A stretch of 64,000 nucleotides of DNA from an uncultured Bacilli bacterium (GCA_944371905.1 CALVYA010000006.1:5358-69357); one strand, 5' to 3'. Positions 20,224 to 30,369 are shown, counted from the stretch's first letter. Program-made: numbers and translations. The notes: generated by a model from the letters alone, not told the origin.

Positions 20224-21571
20224 AAGAATCACCTTGTCCTTCTCTTTGATAACTTAAAAACGTTGAAGTATCTCTTTTAAATAACAATTCTATAGTTGCA
20301 GTAGGACCATTACGATGCTTAGCAATAATAAATTCACTAATACTTGTATTGGCATCTATTGCTTTTTCTTTATTATAATAATCATCACGATATAAAAACG
20401 CTACAATATCCGCATCTTGTTCAATAGATCCCGATTCTCTTAAATCACTCATAATTGGTCTTTTATTCTCACGAGCATCTACAGCACGTGATAATTGAGC
20501 TAAAGCAACTACAGGAACATTTAATTCCATAGCCATGGTTTTTAAAGATCTAGAAATATCTGATACTTCTTGTTGTCTATTGGCTCCATAATTAGTAGAA
20601 GAAGAAATTAACTGCAGATAATCAATAATTACAATTCCTAATCCTTCTTCACTACTAGCTAGTCTTCTACATTTTGATCTTATTTCTCCAATAGTAATTC
20701 CGGGCGTATCATCCATATACATCTTGGCATCAGATAATTGACTAACTGCTTCGTTTACTCTTTTCCAATCCTCATTCATAAGTTTTCCAGTAGCTAATTT
20801 TTTACCCTCAATTTGACCAAGAGAACTTAACATTCTTGATGCTAATTGTTCTGCGCCCATTTCCATATTAAAAAGTGCTACCGTTTTATCAGTATTAATA
20901 GCAATATTAGTAGCCAAATTTAAAGCAAAAGCTGTTTTTCCCATTGCTGGACGAGCTGCAATAATTATCAACTGATTTCCTTGCAGACCAGTAGTAATAT
21001 TGTCAATATCATACCATCCAGTAGGAATACCTGTAATATCTCCTTTTAAAGCTGCTAATTTTTCTAAATTAGCTTGGGTAGAATCCAATACTTCTTTTAT
21101 TGTTTTAAATTCTGTTGATCTTCTATTTTTAACAATTCCTAAAATCTTTCGTTCCGCTTCATCCAAAGTTTCATTAACATTTCCAAAAGATTGATATGCA
21201 TTCGTTGTAATATCAGTTGAAACTTCAATTAATCTTCTTAATATAGCAGCATCTTCAACTAATTTTATATAATATTCAACATTAGCTGCTGTAGGAACAC
21301 TTTCTAATACTTCGGATAAGTATTCAACTCCACCAACTTCATTTAATAAATTCTTATTTTTTAATTCCGAAGTTATTGTTGTTAAATCAATCGGTTTTTT
21401 ATTTTCATTCATTTCTTGAATTACATTAAAAATTAAAGCATTATTATGATAGTAAAAGCTTTCTTTAGTAAGAGTTTCGCATGCCTTTTCTAACGCATAC
21501 TTAGATAAAAACATTGCGCCAATGACTGATTGTTCCGCTTCAAAATTATTTGGTACATTTTTATTAGGCAT
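20213..21571 (-). CDS. dnaB: Replicative DNA helicase (DnaB family; Bacillus DnaC)
   Basis: ARPAMGKT, IDYLQL, DLRESGSIEQDAD, KHRNGPT. Confidence 0.97.
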   Translation of the reverse strand: MPNKNVPNNFEAEQSVIGAMFLSKYALEKACETLTKESFYYHNNALIFNVIQEMNENKKPIDLTTITSELKNKNLLNEVGGVEYLSEVLESVPTAANVEYYIKLVEDAAILRRLIEVSTDITTNAYQSFGNVNETLDEAERKILGIVKNRRSTEFKTIKEVLDSTQANLEKLAALKGDITGIPTGWYDIDNITTGLQGNQLIIIAARPAMGKTAFALNLATNIAINTDKTVALFNMEMGAEQLASRMLSSLGQIEGKKLATGKLMNEDWKRVNEAVSQLSDAKMYMDDTPGITIGEIRSKCRRLASSEEGLGIVIIDYLQLISSSTNYGANRQQEVSDISRSLKTMAMELNVPVVALAQLSRAVDARENKRPIMSDLRESGSIEQDADIVAFLYRDDYYNKEKAIDANTSISEFIIAKHRNGPTATIELLFKRDTSTFLSYQREGQGDSYES

Positions 21572-21582
21572 GGCTTCACCTC

Positions 21583-22029
21583 CTATTTTTGTAATTTAAC
21601 TTTTATTTTAGCAAAAATATCCTTATATAAATTTATTTGAATTTCATGATAACCTAAACTAGATATAGAATGATCAAATTCTATTTGTTTTTTATCAATA
21701 TTATATCCTTTATGTTCTAACTCATCTTTGATTTGTTTAGCACTAATACTTCCAAAAACACGATCATCTTTTCCGGTTTTAACAATAAAATTAAGTTCAA
21801 TTTTTTCTAGATTTTCTTTCATTTTTTTTGCTTCTTCACGTAATTTAGTGTCATTTTGACGTTGTTGTTCACATTCCCGATTATATTTTTCTAAACTACC
21901 TTCAGTCAATTGAACAGCATAATTATTTTTAATTAAAAAATTTTTTGCGTATCCATCTTTAACTTCTTTGATATCTCCTTTTTTTCCTTGTCCTCTTAAA
22001 TCTTTGGTAAATATTACTTTCACAACCAT
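21583..22029 (-). CDS. rplI: 50S ribosomal protein L9
   Basis: GKKGDIKEVKDGYAKNFL, FGSIS. Confidence 0.96.
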   Translation of the reverse strand: MVVKVIFTKDLRGQGKKGDIKEVKDGYAKNFLIKNNYAVQLTEGSLEKYNRECEQQRQNDTKLREEAKKMKENLEKIELNFIVKTGKDDRVFGSISAKQIKDELEHKGYNIDKKQIEFDHSISSLGYHEIQINLYKDIFAKIKVKLQK

Positions 22030-22039
22030 CCCTCCTCAA

Positions 22040-23008
22040 TTATAAAATTTTTATAATACCTAATATCTCATTTTCTACTTTGTTAACTGATGTATTACTA
22101 AGCTTAGCAGCTGCTTCATGTACATCTCCACCTCCGCCTAGCATACCTAATATTTGTCCAACATTTATTTTTCCCATTGATCTAGCACTAACACCAACTT
22201 TATCTTTATCAATTTTAGCAACCACAAAAGATGCTTCTATTTTATTAAAAAATAATAATGTATCTGCTGTTTTAGCAAGTTCTTCGCGTCTAAATATTTC
22301 AGTTTGTGGTCCCTTAGTTATGGCAATATTATTAATAATTTTTACATTAGTAATCATCTTTTGCCTTTTTATATATTTCTTTAAATCCTGTTTTAATAAA
22401 TACTGTACTTTTGTAGGTTTAGCACCACAGGTAGTAAGATAATATGAATAATAAAAAGTATTGCTATCTGTTTTTAAAACATAATTGTTAGTATCTAAAA
22501 TAATTCCTGATAATAAAATTGTTGCTAAATAACTATCAATAACAAAATTATTTAATTTAAGAAATTCAGTCATCATTTCACAAGTACTAGATGCTTCGTT
22601 ATCAATAATTAATAGTGAATCATGAATTGTACCTTCTCCTTCTCCATGGTGATCTATTACAATTTTGTTATCGAACGCTTGATTCAAATTATCATTTTGT
22701 AATAAATAATCTTTATTAGTATCTAAAATAATTAATAGACTTCCTTGATTTTTTAATGTGATCGCATGCTCCCCTTTAATAAATTTAATAGTATCAGATA
22801 CTTCTTTAATCACTTTAGATACAGCTTTTTCTGTTCTAACATCATCAACAATAACATAAACTTCATTTTTCTTAGTAGAAACGTAACTATACATAGATAA
22901 GCATCCACCTAATGCATCTAAATCTAAATCTTTATGTCCTACCACAAATATACTAGATGCTTTTTCAATCAATTGATTTATTTTTTTATATTGCTCTATT
23001 ATTTTCAT
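22040..23008 (-). CDS. DHH/DHHA1 phosphodiesterase; GdpP catalytic part only
   Basis: HKDLDLD, IDHH, ILDT, SARS, GGG; lies upstream of rplI like gdpP. Confidence 0.8.
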   Translation of the reverse strand: MKIIEQYKKINQLIEKASSIFVVGHKDLDLDALGGCLSMYSYVSTKKNEVYVIVDDVRTEKAVSKVIKEVSDTIKFIKGEHAITLKNQGSLLIILDTNKDYLLQNDNLNQAFDNKIVIDHHGEGEGTIHDSLLIIDNEASSTCEMMTEFLKLNNFVIDSYLATILLSGIILDTNNYVLKTDSNTFYYSYYLTTCGAKPTKVQYLLKQDLKKYIKRQKMITNVKIINNIAITKGPQTEIFRREELAKTADTLLFFNKIEASFVVAKIDKDKVGVSARSMGKINVGQILGMLGGGGDVHEAAAKLSNTSVNKVENEILGIIKIL

Positions 23009-23124
23009 AAACCTCCTGCTAAAACCCCACTATAATTATACATCAAAAAAGAGATTATGTCATTAAGATACCTCTTCTTTTTGCATAAAAAATATGATAA
23101 ATAGATGTTATTTATCATATTTAA

Positions 23125-23415
23125 TTACAAACTCTCTAAACGATATTTTCTAATAACTTTTGTTTTAACATTACCAAGTACAAATCCTATTATCATTGCG
23201 ATAATAAAATATAAATGAATAATTCCATTATTTATCATTCTTAAAATTTCGAAATATAACAACGTATTAATTGTTATAAAAATCAAATTTGTTACTACTC
23301 TAAGTATTAATTTTCCACAAAATAAATGCTTATAAAATAAATTAAACATAAGAGAAAAAAACATTCCAAAAACTAAAGAAAAAATTAGTGATTGAATTTG
23401 AATTTCTAAATTCAT
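23125..23415 (-). CDS. yabQ: Spore cortex protein YabQ-like (short form)
   Basis: Hydrophobic protein with NNGIIHLY motif, coupled to yabP. Confidence 0.7.
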   Translation of the reverse strand: MNLEIQIQSLIFSLVFGMFFSLMFNLFYKHLFCGKLILRVVTNLIFITINTLLYFEILRMINNGIIHLYFIIAMIIGFVLGNVKTKVIRKYRLESL

Positions 23416-23708
23416 TATTTAAATAACCTATTAAAAATACTATTTTCTTTATCTTTAGTTTTTCCCTCTTCTGCATATGTAAAACTTTTAATTAAACCTT
23501 TGATGGATACATTACCTTGCATCGTATCTAGCTTAATTAATTCTAAATCCTCACCTTTAATAATTAAATATCCCATTGTAGTTTCCATAAGGAATTCTTC
23601 ACTATCAAAATTATCAATTTTCTTTACTCCTGTTATTATTATGTTTTTTCGTTCAATAACACTGATTCCATGATTGTAATTAGTTATACTATTATCTGTC
23701 TTGTCCAT
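23415..23708 (-). CDS. yabP: Sporulation protein YabP
   Basis: RKNIIITGVKKIDNFD..ETTMGYLIIKG. Confidence 0.92.
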   Translation of the reverse strand: MDKTDNSITNYNHGISVIERKNIIITGVKKIDNFDSEEFLMETTMGYLIIKGEDLELIKLDTMQGNVSIKGLIKSFTYAEEGKTKDKENSIFNRLFK

Positions 23709-23726
23709 ATTAATTCCTCCTAATTA

Positions 23727-23754
23727 ACTATACGAAAAAAGAAAATTAATATGA
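23727..23754 (-). promoter_or_regulatory. Putative sigmaE promoter of yabPQ
   Basis: Minus strand TCATATT-N13-CGTATAGT. Confidence 0.55.
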
Positions 23755-23755
23755 C

Positions 23756-23784
23756 AAAAAAACAACTTAGATAAGTTGTTTTTT
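23756..23784 (-). terminator. Intrinsic terminator after spoVG
   Basis: AAAAAACAACTTA-G-ATAAGTTGTTTTTT inverted repeat. Confidence 0.7.
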
Positions 23785-23789
23785 AGCAA

Positions 23790-24062
23790 TTATTCTTCAG
23801 AGGGTTGATCAGCATTTTTATATGCTTCAAAAATAGCCTCTTCAAACAATGCGCGACCCTCAGGATTAATTGGATGTGCTATATCACGATACCCTCCTGT
23901 AGCTGTTTTTCTACTTGGCATTGCGATAAATAGTCCATTATCTCCTTCAATAATTCTAATATCATGTACTGCAAAACTATCGTCTATTAATACAGACGCA
24001 ATTCCTTTCATACGTGAGTTTTCTTTTTCAATTTTTCGCACGTTTACAGATGTAATTTTCAT
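23790..24062 (-). CDS. spoVG: SpoVG
   Basis: FAVHDIRIIEG, LFIAMPSRK, RDIAHPIN. Confidence 0.96.
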   Translation of the reverse strand: MKITSVNVRKIEKENSRMKGIASVLIDDSFAVHDIRIIEGDNGLFIAMPSRKTATGGYRDIAHPINPEGRALFEEAIFEAYKNADQPSEE

Positions 24063-24154
24063 TTGCCTATCCTCCCTCTTAAAGTATGTGTCATATTTAC
24101 ATAACTTTATAATATGATCTTATACTAAAATATAATAAAATGCAACTTTTTTCT

Positions 24155-24379
24155 CTATTTATCAACAAAAATCTCTAAACTTTCAGTTAAAATATCTGTA
24201 TAACTAAAAGACCGAATCTTTGCATTATCATCATCTACTCTAATTAGAAAGACATAATTATAAGTATTTTCAATTGTACCTTTAAACACTTCAGTTTGAT
24301 TTCTGCTGCCATTAAATTTAAAATTTAATAATTTCCCTTTATTTTGTTCTAAATCATTTTTTATTTTTTCTATATTCAT
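24155..24379 (-). CDS. veg: Veg family protein
   Basis: NGSRN, GTIENTY, SFSYTDILT. Confidence 0.9.
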   Translation of the reverse strand: MNIEKIKNDLEQNKGKLLNFKFNGSRNQTEVFKGTIENTYNYVFLIRVDDDNAKIRSFSYTDILTESLEIFVDK

Positions 24380-25155
24380 CTTGGATACCCCGTATACATA
24401 GTACCATTAGTTATAATCCCCCCGATACCTTCTTCTTTATATTTAGTTTTATCAATTATTTTAAGTAAATCAATAGGTTTACTTTTATCAGATAAAGCAA
24501 TAGAAGAAGCAATAATGGCTGGATCTAAAGCATGCAAGTTAACTCTTTTAGGACTACTTGCAAAATTTGCCCCTGCTTTAATTAATTCTTCATAATCCGA
24601 TTGACACGCTCCAGCAATGATAATTAATTTATCATGAGATTTTTCATAATTTCTAGCTTCTTTTACAGCATCTACAAAATTTTTACTATTTTTATAACTA
24701 TTAATATCACTTATTTTTCCATTTTTCTTATAGAAAACGTCATGACCTGTAATCACTACAATATCCGGTTTTAAGTCCTCTAAATATTTTTCTATTTCAA
24801 GAGGTATTTCTTTTTCTTTTAGATTAACTCCATACGCCATTATTTTTAATTTTTTATAAAAATTCATACATCGTTCTAAATATTCTGTATCACCATCAAA
24901 ATGTAAAATTTTACCTGGCAAATAAAAATATTCGTTACGATCTAAATCTATGGAAGTACTTATTCTATCAATAAGTTCATTATCATCTATTCTAGCATCT
25001 TCCACAAGTTTTAAGTCATCCATACTACTATCAGCATACAATCTTATATTAAGTCCTTTCAAATATGCGACTTTATCATTTACCTCAATTATTTTAAAAA
25101 CAATATCATTATTATAAGAATTTCTAGTTACCAGATCTCCAACTTTAAAAAACAT
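24376..25155 (-). CDS. yabG: Sporulation peptidase YabG
   Basis: GDLVTRNSY, PGKILHFDGD, ITGHD, AGACQS, ANFASSP. Confidence 0.95.
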   Translation of the reverse strand: MFFKVGDLVTRNSYNNDIVFKIIEVNDKVAYLKGLNIRLYADSSMDDLKLVEDARIDDNELIDRISTSIDLDRNEYFYLPGKILHFDGDTEYLERCMNFYKKLKIMAYGVNLKEKEIPLEIEKYLEDLKPDIVVITGHDVFYKKNGKISDINSYKNSKNFVDAVKEARNYEKSHDKLIIIAGACQSDYEELIKAGANFASSPKRVNLHALDPAIIASSIALSDKSKPIDLLKIIDKTKYKEEGIGGIITNGTMYTGYPR

Positions 25156-25197
25156 ATAATCATCCCCAGATAATTATATGTTTTTTATTTATAATTA

Positions 25198-26022
25198 TTA
25201 TAAGTTATTACTTAAATCAACAAATATATTTAACGATAATTGTTCTGCTCTTGAATTTAAATCAAATCCATATTGTTTTAATATCTGCTCGGTCTTATCC
25301 AAATTATATCCTTTTAAATTGTTACGTAAATTTTTTCTTTTTTGAGCAAAACTATCTCGTACTAATTTATAAAATTTATTCAAATCCTTTACTTTCATTT
25401 TTTCTTTTTTGCATAATTCTAATACTATACTATCTACATTAGGTTTAGGAATAAAAACATTACGGCTTACATCCATTACTTTGGTTATATCAAAATTATA
25501 TTGCAAGAAAACACTTAAAGAATTATAATCTTTTGAATTAGGTTTGGCGTTAAAACGATCTCCTACTTCTTTTTGAACCATAATAATAATTTTATCTACA
25601 TCTATCTTATCTTCAATAATTTTAGTAATAATAGGAGTAGTAATATAATAAGGTAAATTGGCAATTAAATACAAATGATTGTACTCATATTGATTTAGTA
25701 TGTCTTGCAAATTAACTTTCAAAAAATCCTCATAAATAATTTCAACATTATTATATTCTTTTAAATTATTAGATAAAATATCTCTTAAACTAGAATCTAT
25801 TTCAAAACAAACTACTTTATCTGCAATCTTACACAACTTATAAGTTAAAGAACCACTCCCAGGTCCTACTTCAATTACTAATGATCTTTCTTTTATATTA
25901 GCTCTATTAATTATATTATTAATAATATTTTCGTCAACAATAAAATTTTGACCAAATTTCTTTTTAAAACTGAAATGATACTCTTTTAAATTATTATTAA
26001 CTTCTGTTGGTGAATATTTCAT
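25198..26022 (-). CDS. rsmA: 16S rRNA dimethyladenosine transferase
   Basis: KKFGQNF, EVGPGSG, ANLPYYITTP. Confidence 0.96.
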   Translation of the reverse strand: MKYSPTEVNNNLKEYHFSFKKKFGQNFIVDENIINNIINRANIKERSLVIEVGPGSGSLTYKLCKIADKVVCFEIDSSLRDILSNNLKEYNNVEIIYEDFLKVNLQDILNQYEYNHLYLIANLPYYITTPIITKIIEDKIDVDKIIIMVQKEVGDRFNAKPNSKDYNSLSVFLQYNFDITKVMDVSRNVFIPKPNVDSIVLELCKKEKMKVKDLNKFYKLVRDSFAQKRKNLRNNLKGYNLDKTEQILKQYGFDLNSRAEQLSLNIFVDLSNNL

Positions 26023-26060
26023 ACTTACTCCTTATAAAATAAAAGTACATTCCTGTACTT

Positions 26061-26636
26061 TTACCATCCCCACCTTATGATTTCATAAGTTACATTTTGT
26101 CTTCCTATAGAACTAGAAGTTCTTTCGCTAGGCATTAATAAATCCATTAAAGTTCCTTTAATTGCACCACCGCGATCTAATACTACAGCGGTTATTTGTT
26201 CTCCAAGTCTTCCTCCGGATATTTTAACTACCGTTCCGCAAGGAATATTGCCATCCGCAGCAACTATTCTTAATGTTCCATAGTCATTATCTTCAAAATA
26301 TATATTTCCATTTCTAACATCATTCCTTGGAGGACATGATACTTTTCCAGAACATCCTACACAATCCGGACCATAGGCAGTCATTGTACCTTGAAATATT
26401 ACTGGATTAGTTTGACCATATTGTAATATTTCTGATATATTATTAGCATAAATTGTTTCTACTACTTCAGCATTATATTTAGAAACTAAATGTACAGCTT
26501 GAATTGAATTAATACTACTTACATTATAAGTAATTACTTCTTCTTTTGTATTACCACTAATTATTATAAAAAACATAATAATTAATATCAATATTACGCA
26601 AAGCTGGTTTCTGATCATATATAATATATTTTTCAT
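26061..26636 (-). CDS. Membrane-anchored 3D-domain protein (YabE position)
   Basis: TAY, IVAAD, LDRGGAIKG..MDL 3D motif; N-terminal TM. Confidence 0.8.
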   Translation of the reverse strand: MKNILYMIRNQLCVILILIIMFFIIISGNTKEEVITYNVSSINSIQAVHLVSKYNAEVVETIYANNISEILQYGQTNPVIFQGTMTAYGPDCVGCSGKVSCPPRNDVRNGNIYFEDNDYGTLRIVAADGNIPCGTVVKISGGRLGEQITAVVLDRGGAIKGTLMDLLMPSERTSSSIGRQNVTYEIIRWGW

Positions 26637-26673
26637 ACTTTCTCCTCGTCTTTACAAAAATATAATAACACAC

Positions 26674-27426
26674 TCAAATTTTTAAGTCAAATATTCTAAT
26701 TACATTAGAAGAGGTAATCTTTTCCACTGTTTCAATGGATATTTTTTTACTTTCGGCCACTTTTTTCGCTATAATAGGAATATATTTTGGTTCATTTATT
26801 TGACCTCTAAAAGGTTCAGGAGTTAAATAAGGACTATCTGTTTCCAAAACAATATTTTCCATTGGAATTTGTTCAATAACAGAAGATAGATTACTATTTT
26901 TGAAAGTAATTACACCTCCAATTCCTAAACAGTAACCTAATTTTGTATAGAGCCTTGCTACTTCAAGACTAGCAGTAAAACAATGGATTATACCTTTTAA
27001 ATTATATTTTTCTAACAAATTATAAGTATCTTGAAAAGCATCTCTAGAATGAATAACAACTGGCATATGTAATTTTTCTGCTATTTCTAATTGATTAGTA
27101 AACAATTTTAATTGTTGATCTTTGTTATCTTTTCCATAATAATAATCTAACCCTATTTCGCCTATTCCTATTACCTTATTGTTAGTTTTAACCACATTTT
27201 CAAGCCATAACAAATCATTATCACTAACTACATTAGCTTCACTAGGATGAAATCCTACAGTGACATAAACATTATCATATTTCTTTGTGATTTCTAAAGC
27301 ATCTAATATTGCTTGTTTATCGCAACCACTAACAATTAAGTATTTCACATTATTGTCATACGCTTCTCTAATTATTTTTCCTACTTTATCATCATTATTC
27401 ATATGTAAATGGGTATCTATTAACAT
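26674..27426 (-). CDS. tatD: TatD family nuclease
   Basis: DTHLH, GEIGLDY, IHSRDA, HCF, ETDSPY. Confidence 0.95.
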   Translation of the reverse strand: MLIDTHLHMNNDDKVGKIIREAYDNNVKYLIVSGCDKQAILDALEITKKYDNVYVTVGFHPSEANVVSDNDLLWLENVVKTNNKVIGIGEIGLDYYYGKDNKDQQLKLFTNQLEIAEKLHMPVVIHSRDAFQDTYNLLEKYNLKGIIHCFTASLEVARLYTKLGYCLGIGGVITFKNSNLSSVIEQIPMENIVLETDSPYLTPEPFRGQINEPKYIPIIAKKVAESKKISIETVEKITSSNVIRIFDLKI

Positions 27427-27485
27427 ATTCCACCTCTTATATTAAATATATTATATCAAAAAAATAGATTATCATATTATATAAT

Positions 27486-29027
27486 CTACTTTTCGTTAAT
27501 TTCTTTTAGTTTCTCGTCTTTATTAATTCGTTGAAATAATGGTTGTGGATCATTTGTATTATAAATATTATTATTTTTATATTCTCTTCTATTATCACTG
27601 ATATTTAATTGCTTTAAAATATTATCGCTAGTACTAGGTAAAAACGGTTTTAAAAAAATGGCACAAACTCTAATGGATTCTAATAAATTATAAATAACTG
27701 TCATTAATCTTTCTTTATTATTATCTTCCTTAGCTAAAGACCATGGCATAGTATCATCTATATATTTGTTGCTCTTTCTCAATACCTCAAAAATTTCATC
27801 CAAAGCACCACCTATTTCCAAGCGACTCATTTTATCATCTACTTTTTCATCTAATAAATTAATACTATTAATTAAATCCTTATCCAATAAATCCGATTTA
27901 TCTAAATATTTAACATTACCATCAAAATATTTGTTCGCCATAGTAATTGTTCGATTAACCAAATTACCTAATATATTAGCTAAATCACTATTAATTCTAT
28001 CAATTAATAATTCATAAGTAAGACTTCCATCATTAGCATAAGGAATTTCATGCAAAACATAGTATCTAATAGCATCTACACCGAACCACTTTACTAAATC
28101 ATCTGCATACATAATATTTCCTTTGGATTTACTCATCTTATCATTTCCAAATAACAACCAAGGATGCCCAAATATTTGTTTTGGAAGAGGTAAATCCAAT
28201 GACATTAAAAAGCAAGGCCAATAAATAGTGTGGAATCTAATAATATCTTTACCTATTAAATGCAAATCTGCCGGCCAATATTTTTTAAATTCTTCCGTAG
28301 GATTATCTACATCGTACCCAATGTTAGTAATGTAATTAGTAAGAGCATCTAACCAAACATATATAACATGTTTAGGATCAAAATCAACTGGTATCCCCCA
28401 CTTGAATGAAGTTCTAGAAACGCATAAATCTTGCAATCCTGGTTTAATGAAATTATTAATCATTTCGTTCTTTCTAGAATCTGGTTTAATAAAATCAGGA
28501 TGATTATTATAATATTCGACTAATCTATCTTGATATTTAGACAATTTAAAAAAGTAAGCTTCTTCACTAGCATAATGCACTTCACGCCCACAGTCAGGAC
28601 ATTTACCATCAATCAATTGACTTTCTGTGAAAAAAGATTCACATGGAGTACAATATAATCCTTCATATTTTCCTAAATAGATATCCCCTTTATCATACAT
28701 CTTTTTAAATATTTTTTGTACTGTTTTTTCATGATTAGGATCTGTCGTTCTTACAAAGCGATCATAACTAGTATTCATAACATCCCATATTCTTTTAATC
28801 TCTTTTGCTACTTTGTCTACATACTCTTGTGGAGTAATTCCTTGTTCTCTAGCTTTAATTTCTATCTTTTCCCCATGTTCATCAGTTCCAGTTTGAAAAT
28901 AAACATCAAACCCTTTTTGTCTTTTATATCTAGCAATAGCATCTGCTAATACAATTTCATAAGTATTACCAATATGAGGTTTACCTGAAGTATATGCTAT
29001 AGCAGTACTAATATAATATTTTTCCAT
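27486..29027 (-). CDS. metG: Methionyl-tRNA synthetase (short form lacking the C-terminal tRNA-binding domain)
   Basis: HIGN, GTDEHG, Zn knuckle CTPC..CPDC, KMSKS; start refined to the ATG after AGGAGG. Confidence 0.96.
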   Translation of the reverse strand: MEKYYISTAIAYTSGKPHIGNTYEIVLADAIARYKRQKGFDVYFQTGTDEHGEKIEIKAREQGITPQEYVDKVAKEIKRIWDVMNTSYDRFVRTTDPNHEKTVQKIFKKMYDKGDIYLGKYEGLYCTPCESFFTESQLIDGKCPDCGREVHYASEEAYFFKLSKYQDRLVEYYNNHPDFIKPDSRKNEMINNFIKPGLQDLCVSRTSFKWGIPVDFDPKHVIYVWLDALTNYITNIGYDVDNPTEEFKKYWPADLHLIGKDIIRFHTIYWPCFLMSLDLPLPKQIFGHPWLLFGNDKMSKSKGNIMYADDLVKWFGVDAIRYYVLHEIPYANDGSLTYELLIDRINSDLANILGNLVNRTITMANKYFDGNVKYLDKSDLLDKDLINSINLLDEKVDDKMSRLEIGGALDEIFEVLRKSNKYIDDTMPWSLAKEDNNKERLMTVIYNLLESIRVCAIFLKPFLPSTSDNILKQLNISDNRREYKNNNIYNTNDPQPLFQRINKDEKLKEINEK

Positions 29028-29028
29028 A

Positions 29029-29514
29029 TTATTCCTCCTTATTAGTAGATCCAAGTCCACCTTTTCTTTCGTTTTTTATTTCTTCTTCATTATCTATGGT
29101 TAAAAATTTAATAAATATTCCTTGGCAAATAGCATCGCCTTTTTTTACAATGTAATCTTTATCTCCTTCATTTTGTAATTTTAACCAAGCATGACCTTCA
29201 TTATTAGGATTATTATAATAATCACTTTCAAAAATTCCAATTTGATTACACATCCGTACATTATATTTAAACCCCATACTACTTCTAACGACTAACATTA
29301 ACATCTCGTCAGTATTCATATTGAATTTTATTCCAGTTGGAATCTTTTTAGATTCATTTGGTTTTAAAATAAAATCATATAAAGAAAAAAAATCATAACC
29401 AGCACTATATTTTGTACTTCTTTTTGGTAATGAAAAATTATTATATAATTCTTCATCATCACTACAGTCTTTTTTAAATTGCTCAAAACTGATTTTTTCA
29501 AAATATCTAGGCAC
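29029..29514 (-). CDS. dut: Trimeric dUTPase
   Basis: SAGYD, RSS, ESDYYNN, QGIF, RKGGLGST; GTG start after GGAGG. Confidence 0.9.
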   Translation of the reverse strand: MPRYFEKISFEQFKKDCSDDEELYNNFSLPKRSTKYSAGYDFFSLYDFILKPNESKKIPTGIKFNMNTDEMLMLVVRSSMGFKYNVRMCNQIGIFESDYYNNPNNEGHAWLKLQNEGDKDYIVKKGDAICQGIFIKFLTIDNEEEIKNERKGGLGSTNKEE

Positions 29515-29529
29515 CTTTATCAACCTCCA

Positions 29530-29745
29530 AAAATAAAACACAGATAAAACCTCCTTAAGGACGAAATATCCGTGTTACCACCTTAATTCATAGAAAAACT
29601 ATGCACTCAATACATTAACGCTGTCAACGTATTAGCCTACATATCGACTAATAAGACTAAGGAACCATCTTCTGTAATACTTACACTTTTTCCACCAACC
29701 AAAGCTCTCTATTATAAGTTAGTTACATCTCTTTCCCTCAAAGTC
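29530..29745 (-). promoter_or_regulatory. T-box riboswitch with Met (AUG) specifier
   Basis: Minus strand: stem I AGAGAG and GGTGGAA motifs, specifier loop GAAG-ATG-G (29668-29666), T-box AAGGTGGTAACACG (29584-29571), terminator CACGGATA/TATCTGTG plus U-tract. Confidence 0.88.
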
Positions 29746-29781
29746 ATAATAAATATGTATTTTATTATAACATCATTATTC

Positions 29782-30312
29782 CTATTCTTCAATATGTTTT
29801 CCAAAAAATTGAGAAGCGATTTGTGCAGTCTTTATTTCCAAACTACTTATTTTATCATCCAAAGACAAAATTATAATGAGACCAATAGAGTCTCCATTGG
29901 AAATAATAGTATTAATAACATAACTGCAATACTCTTGCTTTTCATTAATAATACTTACTTCTTTCATTTCTTCTTCAACAATATTACTTCTTTTATTAAT
30001 ACACTCTTCTAAATAACTACTAATAGGTTTATTTAAATATTCTTTTTTTAGAGTACCTGCACATGCTATTATATTATCTCGGTCTGTTATTATAATATCT
30101 TTTTTTAATGCGTTATAAATAGAATCAACATATACTTCAGCAAAGTGTAATAAATTATTCATGGAAGAATGTTTTTTTAAAGCAACCATATCTTTCTCAA
30201 CAAATATTTCTAATGAGGTACCATCTTTAATTCCAAGAGTTCTTCGTATTTCTTTAGGGATTACAACTCTACCTAAATCATCTATTCTTCTAACTACTCC
30301 TGTTGTTTCCAT
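29782..30312 (-). CDS. spoVT: Stage V sporulation protein T
   Basis: TGVVRRIDDLGRVVIPKEIRRTL AbrB domain plus GAF-like C-terminus. Confidence 0.95.
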   Translation of the reverse strand: METTGVVRRIDDLGRVVIPKEIRRTLGIKDGTSLEIFVEKDMVALKKHSSMNNLLHFAEVYVDSIYNALKKDIIITDRDNIIACAGTLKKEYLNKPISSYLEECINKRSNIVEEEMKEVSIINEKQEYCSYVINTIISNGDSIGLIIILSLDDKISSLEIKTAQIASQFFGKHIEE

Positions 30313-30340
30313 AGCAAATTACCCTCTTTCTTTCACACAT

Positions 30341-30369
30341 TAGTATTTGTTGTGAATTAAAAATTATAC
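30341..30369 (-). promoter_or_regulatory. Putative sigmaG promoter of spoVT
   Basis: Minus strand GTATA-N17-AATACTA. Confidence 0.6.
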
